Of a stretch of 49,035 nucleotides of DNA, positions 29,103-35,786 are shown piece by piece; positions within the stretch are counted from its first letter, which is position 1; each line of letters begins with the position of its first letter. Made by a program: the position numbers and the translations under genes. The stretch is from Coriobacteriia bacterium. Lineage in GTDB: Bacteria; Actinomycetota; Coriobacteriia; Anaerosomatales; PALSA-660. The stretch lies in assembly GCA_023252055.1 (NCBI GenBank), contig JAHEXP010000006.1, positions 1-49,035 of the forward strand, read 5' to 3'. The notes under the pieces were generated by a model. It saw only the letters and a program-made list of their open reading frames with translations. It made no database searches and was not told the DNA's origin.

Positions 29103-30308
29103 CTACTTGGAGACGGGAGCCCAAGCGCCATCGGCACCGACGGTGTAGACGGTGATCGCCTTGTTCGTGGTGTCGCCGTGGGCATCGAAGGAAACGGTGC
29201 CGGAAACGCCCTCGAAGTTGGTCTTCGCCACAGCGGCGATGATGGCCTTCTTGCCCTCGGTGGTCGTGACCTTGTCCGCACCCATGGACTTGGCGACCGA
29301 GACGATGGCCTTGATGATCGCGTTGGCGGCGTCGAAGGAGTACGCGTCGTACGCGGCGATCTCATCGCTGGGGTACGCGGCCTTGTAGGCGGCGATAAAG
29401 TCCTGGCCCTTGGGCATCTGAGCGGTGGGGAGGCCGACGGACGTCGCGAGGTCGCCCTTGGCGATCGCGGCACCGGCGAGCTTGATGTACTCGGGGTCGA
29501 ACAGACCGTCGCCGCCCATGAGCGGGACGTTCACGCCACCCTCCTTGAGCTGCTTGGAGAGCAGAGCGCCGGAGTTGTAGATACCGCCGTAGTAGACGAT
29601 ATCGATGCCGGCGGCCTTGATCTTGGTGACGAGGGACTTGAAGTCGGTGTCCTTGTCGGAGGTCTTCTCGCGACCGGCAACCGCGCCGCCGTCAGCGGCG
29701 AACTGCTTGCCCCACTCGTCGGCAAGGCCGACGCCGTACGGGGTCGAGTCGTCGACCACGAAAGCCTTCTTGAAGCCACCGGTCTTGAACGCGTAGTCCG
29801 CGCCGGCCGGGCCCTGGACCGCGTCGTTGGCGCAGACGCGGAAGTAGTTCGTCATGCCCATCTGGGTGAGGTCGACGGCGGTGTTGGCCGGCGAGACCTG
29901 CACGATGTTGGCCTGGTTGTAGATCTTGACCGCGACGCGGGTGACGCCGGAGTTCAGGTGACCCATGACGCCGACGAGGGTCGGGTTCGACGCGAACTGG
30001 GTCGCGACGTTGCCGCCGGTGGTCGGATCGCCCTTGTCGTCGCCCTCAACGCTGGCGATCGTCAGGCCGAGATCCTTGACTTCCTGCGAAGCGTTGGCCT
30101 GCGTGATGGCGAGGTTCGCACCACGGACCATGCCCTTACCAAGAGCGACTGCACCGTCGGTCAGCGGAGCGCCGATACCGATGGTGACCTTGACGGCGCC
30201 CGTGGCGCCGCCACCTGCTGAAGAACCACTCCCGCCGCAACCTGTGACGACCAGCGCCACAGCGGCGAGGAGGGCCACGATGGCCATATACTTCCTAGCC
30301 TTGCCCAT
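29103..30308 (-). CDS. livK: Branched-chain amino acid ABC transporter substrate-binding lipoprotein (LivK/LivJ family)
   Basis: Lipobox LVVTG|C; IGIGAPLT, DDKGDP, GHLNSG, YFRVCAND, YGVGLA and GGDG motifs. Confidence 0.9.
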   Translation of the reverse strand: MGKARKYMAIVALLAAVALVVTGCGGSGSSAGGGATGAVKVTIGIGAPLTDGAVALGKGMVRGANLAITQANASQEVKDLGLTIASVEGDDKGDPTTGGNVATQFASNPTLVGVMGHLNSGVTRVAVKIYNQANIVQVSPANTAVDLTQMGMTNYFRVCANDAVQGPAGADYAFKTGGFKKAFVVDDSTPYGVGLADEWGKQFAADGGAVAGREKTSDKDTDFKSLVTKIKAAGIDIVYYGGIYNSGALLSKQLKEGGVNVPLMGGDGLFDPEYIKLAGAAIAKGDLATSVGLPTAQMPKGQDFIAAYKAAYPSDEIAAYDAYSFDAANAIIKAIVSVAKSMGADKVTTTEGKKAIIAAVAKTNFEGVSGTVSFDAHGDTTNKAITVYTVGADGAWAPVSK

Positions 30309-30509
30309 TGTCATCCCTTTCCTCCGACTCGACTGCCTGATCATCTGGCCGGGGTATGCGTGACTCTCCCTGAATACTCCCGGCCTCAGGATTACGAGAG
30401 TGTAACAGAGCGGTACATGCGCAAACAACACGGATGAGGTGGGGTTCGCCCCCGCCGAAACCACGCATTTCCTGCATGTTTCGTCCCCGCGGACATCGCG
30501 GATCGCCGT

Positions 30510-30926
30510 CTATATGTAGTAGATCGCTTCCCGGCTCGCGTCGAGGCGGTCCTGACGGGACGCGAGGTCCGCCAAAGTGACGGAAGCGAGCAGGCCGTCG
30601 AGCGAACGGGCGACGTCCGCCCACATGTCGGAAACGACGGTGCCACTCGTGCGCGGGACGTCCATGGCCGAACCCTCGAGCGCCTGGACGACATCCGCCA
30701 CCGAGACCGAGCCTGCGGGCCGAGCCAGCGTGCAGCCTCCGCCAGCGCCCCGGCGGCAATCGAGCAGACCCCCTTGGGCCAGCGCGGTGAACTGCTGCTC
30801 GAGGAACCGGCGCGGCAGCGACAGGGAGTCCGCGAGCTCGCCGGCGGCCACAGCCGTGCCGGGGGGGCGCTGCGCCAGCGCCACGAGCCCGCGAAGCGCG
30901 TAGTCCAGCCGCTGGGAGACCCTCAT
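30510..30926 (-). CDS. Rrf2-family transcriptional regulator, CymR-like
   Basis: RLDYALRGL, FLEQ and RGAGGG wHTH motifs; no C-terminal Fe-S Cys triad; ends EAIYYI; ATGA-coupled to cysK. Confidence 0.88.
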   Translation of the reverse strand: MRVSQRLDYALRGLVALAQRPPGTAVAAGELADSLSLPRRFLEQQFTALAQGGLLDCRRGAGGGCTLARPAGSVSVADVVQALEGSAMDVPRTSGTVVSDMWADVARSLDGLLASVTLADLASRQDRLDASREAIYYI

Positions 30927-31882
30927 TGCCCGTAGCCTTCCCACAGCGGCGTCGAGAGGTAGCGCTCGCCGGTGGACGGCGCGACGGTCACGATCGCCTT
31001 GCCGGCCGCCTCGGGACGCGCGGCCAGCCGGAGTGCGGCCACAAGGTTCGCGCCGGACGAGATGCCGACGAAGATGCCCTCCTCAGCGGCCAGGCGCCGC
31101 GCTGCCGCGATGGCGGTGGGCGCGTCGACGCGCTCGACGCCGTCGAGTACGGAGAGATCGAGCGTCTTCGGGATGAAGTTCGCACCGATGCCCTGGATCC
31201 CGTGGGGCCCCGGGGTGAGGGGCTCACCCGCCAAAGCCTGGCCGATGATCGGAGACTCGGCTGGCTCGACGGCGATGGCGAGCGCGCCGGGCCGGATCTC
31301 TTTCAGGAATCGGCCGCCGCCGCTGATCGTCCCGCCGGTCCCCACTCCCGCGACGAACGCGAAGAGCTGCTCGTCGCCCAGCGCGGCATGGATCTCCGGG
31401 CCCGTCGTCGCGAAGTGGACCGCCGGGTTCGCCGGGTTGTCGAACTGCCCGGGCACAAAGGCGTCCGGGATCGTCGCCGCAATCTCGTCGGCCTTCGCGA
31501 CCGCGCCCTTCATGCCGAGCGCCCTGTCGGTCAGCACGAGCTCCGCCCCGAACGCCGCGAGAAGCTTGCGACGCTCCACCGACATCGACTCGGGCATCGT
31601 CAGGATGACCCGGTACCCGCGCGTGGCGCCGACGAGCGCCAAGGCGATACCGGTGTTGCCGCTGGTGGGCTCGACGATCACCGACTTCCCGCGCGTGATG
31701 AGGCCACGCTGCTCGGCGTCGTCGATCATCGCCTTGCCGATGCGGTCCTTGACGGAGCCGCCCGGGTTGCGCGACTCGAGCTTGATGTAGATCCGGCCCG
31801 GCAGGCCCTCGCCAAGATGGTCGAGGCGGACGAGATGCGTGCCGCCGATGGTGTCGAGAACGTTCGGAATGGGTGTGCTCAT
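30923..31882 (-). CDS. cysK: Cysteine synthase A (O-acetylserine sulfhydrylase)
   Basis: NPGGSVKDR (PLP Lys), EPTSGNTG, GVGTGGT, PHGIQGIGA and GERYLST. Confidence 0.96.
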   Translation of the reverse strand: MSTPIPNVLDTIGGTHLVRLDHLGEGLPGRIYIKLESRNPGGSVKDRIGKAMIDDAEQRGLITRGKSVIVEPTSGNTGIALALVGATRGYRVILTMPESMSVERRKLLAAFGAELVLTDRALGMKGAVAKADEIAATIPDAFVPGQFDNPANPAVHFATTGPEIHAALGDEQLFAFVAGVGTGGTISGGGRFLKEIRPGALAIAVEPAESPIIGQALAGEPLTPGPHGIQGIGANFIPKTLDLSVLDGVERVDAPTAIAAARRLAAEEGIFVGISSGANLVAALRLAARPEAAGKAIVTVAPSTGERYLSTPLWEGYGQ

Positions 31883-32047
31883 GGGTGGACCTCCGTGGTG
31901 CCGCTTCGGGGCCGCGCACGCCGGCCATGGCAGGAGTCTACCCTCGCGTGGCACCGGATTCACGCACTATTAGCATGCGCTTCATGCGATTCGCAGTTGC
32001 ACGGTGCGATACGGTACGCTGCATCGGTCGGAAGAAGGGGTTGCAGC

Positions 32048-32323
32048 GTGAACCTGTGGTTCTGGGGGTGGCTCATAGCGGCGGTCGCGATCGCTCTCGT
32101 CAGCGCGGTCATGCGCGACCGCGCCTCGGCGCCCTTCGCACTCGGTGCTGGTGTCGCAGCGGCCATGGATGCCGCGGGGCTCACCCCGTCCGCACAGTGG
32201 ATCGCCTTCGTGGGCGTCTCGGCTGCGGTCTTCATCGTGTTCAACCAAAGGCGCCACCGACGCCGTCACGATCGCCGCGGCCTCGGCCGTCACGGTGAGA
32301 GGCCCCCGCTCGACGAGTCGTGA
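32048..32323 (+). CDS. Small membrane protein resembling the N-terminal TM part of NfeD-like proteins
   Basis: GTG after AAGAAGGGG; WFWGWLIAAVA...PFALGAGVAAA...QWIAFVGVS followed by an Arg-rich tail; no OB-fold. Confidence 0.55.
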   Translation: MNLWFWGWLIAAVAIALVSAVMRDRASAPFALGAGVAAAMDAAGLTPSAQWIAFVGVSAAVFIVFNQRRHRRRHDRRGLGRHGERPPLDES

Positions 32324-32390
32324 CGCGATGTCGGCGCGGGCCGGGCGATCGCACGTGCTAGGTGCGCGCTCGCCGAGCCGCCCGGACGCT

Positions 32391-33056
32391 CTATCCCAGC
32401 GTCACGAACACCTCGCCGCCGCGAACGGCCACCGCGTACGTCTTCACGTCGGCGTTCGGGTGATCGGTCGTGCCGTCGCGCACGTCGTATCGCCAGCCGT
32501 GCCACGGACACATCAACGCGTAGCCGTCGAGGTAACCGTCCGCCAGCGGCGCGAAGGCGTGACGGCATACGTTCGACAGCGCGAAGAAGCGGCCGCCCAC
32601 ACGTGCGAGCGCAATGTCGCGCTTCCCGAGTTTCAGATGGCGGACCTCGCCGTCGCGCATGTCGCTCTCGGCCGCAACGCGAACGTCGACCGGGCCCTCG
32701 GGTGCCTCGACGACGCCGTGGAGGCTCGACCCGTCCTCGATGTCGGTGCGGATGAAGAGCCCGCACCAGCACTTCCGCATCGCTGCGAACTGCTCGACAT
32801 TGACCGCGATGCAGGGACACACGATCGCTGCATCCTGCTTCGGATCACCGGTGCGGAGGCGACACGGGCAGTAGATATCGCCGGTCTCGTCGAGGATCCC
32901 GATCTCCGCCTCGAGCGTCTCCGTGACGAACGCTTCATCGGTGTTGAACTTGTAGCCGAGCCGCTCGACGTACGGCGTCATGAACGTCTTCAGGTCGCCG
33001 ATCGTCACGTCCGGCCCGAAGCGGCGGCGGACCGGTTCCGGTTCGCCCACGGTCAC
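32391..33056 (-). CDS. Ferredoxin:thioredoxin reductase catalytic domain fused to a Rieske [2Fe-2S] domain
   Basis: FTR motifs YCPCR, VCPC and KCWCGLF, then Rieske CRH-x16-CPWH; single ORF; GTGA overlap with the glutaredoxin stop. Confidence 0.88.
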   Translation of the reverse strand: MTVGEPEPVRRRFGPDVTIGDLKTFMTPYVERLGYKFNTDEAFVTETLEAEIGILDETGDIYCPCRLRTGDPKQDAAIVCPCIAVNVEQFAAMRKCWCGLFIRTDIEDGSSLHGVVEAPEGPVDVRVAAESDMRDGEVRHLKLGKRDIALARVGGRFFALSNVCRHAFAPLADGYLDGYALMCPWHGWRYDVRDGTTDHPNADVKTYAVAVRGGEVFVTLG

Positions 33057-33301
33057 AGTCCAGCCAAACGGGAGATGCCCGCCTTGTCGAAGCCGACGAC
33101 GACGTCGTCTCCGGCGACGATGACCGGGAACGACGTACCGCCCGAGAGGCGCTTGACCTCTTCGATCGCGTCGGTGCGCTCCTGCCCGGTGAGCTTGTCG
33201 ACCTCGAGGACGTCGTAAGCCACGCCGCTATCGTCGAGGAACTTGCGCGCCTGGTGGCAGTACGGGCAGGTGGAGAGTGCGAACACCTTGATCGCTGGCA
33301 T
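33053..33301 (-). CDS. Glutaredoxin (NrdH/YruB-like)
   Basis: 82 aa; STCPYC active site, SFPVI cis-Pro loop and VVGFD. Confidence 0.9.
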   Translation of the reverse strand: MPAIKVFALSTCPYCHQARKFLDDSGVAYDVLEVDKLTGQERTDAIEEVKRLSGGTSFPVIVAGDDVVVGFDKAGISRLAGL

Positions 33302-33416
33302 GCTGCGGCTCCCGTTCATCGTGGTCGCTGTCGTGTGCGGGCGGGACGCCGTCTCACCGTCCCGCTGTGGTGTATGTTCCCAGGGACGGTGGCGCCGGGT
33401 CCAGGAACCGGGAGCG

Positions 33417-34007
33417 ATGACAAAGATCAGCGCGAAGAGGAGTTCGGCGGCCGCTGTGCCGGCCCGTCCCGCGGCGGTGCCGGGTGCTGCAGCTGCGCCG
33501 GTCAGAAGCGGTCCTCCTGCCCCCGTCCTCACCGCGGTCCTTGTCGTCTTCGTGCTGGTGGTGGGACTCGGCGGTTGGCTGCTGTACGGCGCGCTGAACC
33601 GCCCGCTGGCCACTCCGGCCGACCCGGCTCAGCTGAGGGCCCTGGACGCCCGCCTCCTCGAGATCGAGAACGCCGCGCGTCCCATCGCGACCCAGTTCAC
33701 CTCCGAGACGGCGACGTCGGCGATCGACATCGGCGCCTATCGCGCGCGGGCCGCCGCACTCCGGGATCTCGTCGATTCGACGAACGATCTAGCGGCCACC
33801 AGCCCGGATGCCCTTGAGATCCGCGACCTGATCCTCACGGGCGGGTCGCAGATCGCAGCGGGCATCGCGGACGCTCTCGATGCGGCGGCCAGCGACCAAG
33901 CCTCCGCCACACTGACCGCCGCGACCCGCGTCGACGAGGGACTGTCGAATCTCGCGGCGGCGCGGGCGAAACTCGACCTGCTTCTGGGCCGGACCAAGCC
34001 CGCATAG
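33417..34007 (+). CDS. Hypothetical membrane-anchored helical protein
   Basis: GGAG RBS before MTKISAK; basic/Ala-Pro N-terminus, one TM helix, Ala-rich helical ectodomain. Confidence 0.6.
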   Translation: MTKISAKRSSAAAVPARPAAVPGAAAAPVRSGPPAPVLTAVLVVFVLVVGLGGWLLYGALNRPLATPADPAQLRALDARLLEIENAARPIATQFTSETATSAIDIGAYRARAAALRDLVDSTNDLAATSPDALEIRDLILTGGSQIAAGIADALDAAASDQASATLTAATRVDEGLSNLAAARAKLDLLLGRTKPA

Positions 34008-34063
34008 CCGCGCCGTGCCCGCAGCGCCCCACGCCCTTCCGCCCCGGGTATAGACTCTCGACC

Positions 34064-34888
34064 ATGCGAAGAAGGCGGCGCGTCCTGTATATCGTCCTGT
34101 GGATCCTCACTATCGCGGTGGTCGCGGTGGTGGGCCTTCGACTGCTCACGCCTCGCGCGGTCGCTCCGGCGCGCGTCGCGGACCCGGCCGCCGCCAAGGC
34201 CGCCGGAGAAGCGGTCCTCGCCTCTCACGATGCGACGACACTGATCGTGGTCGCGCATCCCGATGACATCGAGTGGTGGGCCGGCGGCACGGCGGCTCTG
34301 CTCGCCCAACGCGGACGCGTCGTCCTCGTCGTCGGGACGTCCGGCGAGCGCGGCGACGGCGGGCTCGTGCCGGGCCTCGGAGCGGTCCGCGAACGCCTGC
34401 AGCGCGAGGGCGGCGCCGTCCTCGGCTACTCGGAGGTCATCTTCCTTCAGCATCCCGACGGCGGGCTCGGGCAGGCGACCGCGTTCCCATCGGAGGTCGC
34501 GAGCGCGATCGCCGCGGCTCGACCCGCGCGGATCATCACGTTCGATGTGGCCAAGGAGGCCGCAGGCTACCACCACGTCGACCACGAGGCCGCAGGGCGC
34601 GTCACCGCCGCAGCCGCGGAGGCGGTCGGCGGAGTGGAACTGCTCCTGATGCACACGAGCGCACCCGACACGATCATCGACTACGCGTCGGTCAAAGATG
34701 AGAAGGCCCGGGCGTTCGCGATCCTCACCAGTTATCACGACCTCACGCCGGTCGTCGGGCCGCTGAGTAACTGGTTCGGCTCGCTGGTGGGCGGACGAAC
34801 GATCACGTACGGCTCGAAGGCCTCGTACCCCGAGGTGGGTATCGAATACGGCGAGGTCTTCCGCCGCGTCGTCATCCCCGCGAAGTGA
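34064..34888 (+). CDS. PIG-L/LmbE-family deacetylase with N-terminal membrane anchor
   Basis: VAHPDD, TSGERG, HPDGGL and YHHVDH metal-binding motifs; RRRRR plus TM at the N-terminus; TAGACT 7 nt upstream of the ATG. Confidence 0.85.
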   Translation: MRRRRRVLYIVLWILTIAVVAVVGLRLLTPRAVAPARVADPAAAKAAGEAVLASHDATTLIVVAHPDDIEWWAGGTAALLAQRGRVVLVVGTSGERGDGGLVPGLGAVRERLQREGGAVLGYSEVIFLQHPDGGLGQATAFPSEVASAIAAARPARIITFDVAKEAAGYHHVDHEAAGRVTAAAAEAVGGVELLLMHTSAPDTIIDYASVKDEKARAFAILTSYHDLTPVVGPLSNWFGSLVGGRTITYGSKASYPEVGIEYGEVFRRVVIPAK

Positions 34889-34922
34889 AGGCATCAGGTA
34901 CCCGACGGAAGGTTGCTCCACG

Positions 34923-35777
34923 ATGTGCCAGTTCTGCGTGCAGCACGGCGACGGCAAGGCGTGGTACCTCGAGGCGAGCACCTACGCATACGACCTCGAC
35001 AGCGACCTGAAGCGCCGTGACTACCTCGTCGACTTCGTCCAGGACTTCGGGAAGAACCGCGAGTTCGCGCTGACCAACCTGAAGCGTCTGGAGCGGTTGC
35101 CCGCCCCGCTGCGCGATCTTGGCCGCAGCATCGCCACCCGGAACATGAAGGTCTCGCACTTCGGCCAGCCGGTCCCCATCGAGGAGTGCGAGCAGATCTT
35201 CGACCTCGCCACATCCGTTGTGCGCATCCCCTGCCCATGCCGCTACGAGTCCGGCTCCAAGGACGAGGGCTACTGTCTCGCCATCACGACGAAGCCGATC
35301 GACCGCTATCTCGACGAAGCGTTCAAAGACTACGAGGTGGGACCGGACACGACGAAGTTCCAGCGGCTGACGAAAGCGGAGGCGCTCGCCCTGTTGCGGC
35401 GGGCCGAGGACGAAGGGCTCATGCACTCCGTGTGGACCTTCGTGACTCCGTTCGTCGGCGCGATCTGCAACTGCAGCCTCGAGGCGGGCTGCATGGCGAT
35501 GCGCATCACGGTGGAGCACGAGACGCCGATCATGTTCAAGGGCCACCACATCGCGCACGCGGACCTCGACGCGTGCACGGGGTGCGCCGAGTGTGTCGAA
35601 CGCTGCCCGTTCGAGGCGATCGCGATCGGTCCGGGCCACAAGCGGGCGATCGTCGATGCCGAGAAGTGCTACGGCTGCGGCGTGTGTCGCTCCGCTTGCG
35701 AATACGACGCGCTGGCCCTCCAGGACCGGCCGGCTCCCGCGCCCGGGATCCTCACCAGCGCACGCGCGACCGCCTGA
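34923..35777 (+). CDS. Cys-rich Fe-S protein with C-terminal 2x[4Fe-4S] ferredoxin domain
   Basis: MCQFCVQHG, CPCR..YC and ICNC..GC motifs, then CTGCAECVERCP and CYGCGVCRSAC. Confidence 0.85.
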   Translation: MCQFCVQHGDGKAWYLEASTYAYDLDSDLKRRDYLVDFVQDFGKNREFALTNLKRLERLPAPLRDLGRSIATRNMKVSHFGQPVPIEECEQIFDLATSVVRIPCPCRYESGSKDEGYCLAITTKPIDRYLDEAFKDYEVGPDTTKFQRLTKAEALALLRRAEDEGLMHSVWTFVTPFVGAICNCSLEAGCMAMRITVEHETPIMFKGHHIAHADLDACTGCAECVERCPFEAIAIGPGHKRAIVDAEKCYGCGVCRSACEYDALALQDRPAPAPGILTSARATA

Positions 35778-35786
35778 CCGACCGCA

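Noticed and set aside
32391-35777. Selenocysteine recoding or frameshifts in the redox genes
   Set aside because: All Cys motifs are complete within uninterrupted ORFs; no in-frame TGA is needed.
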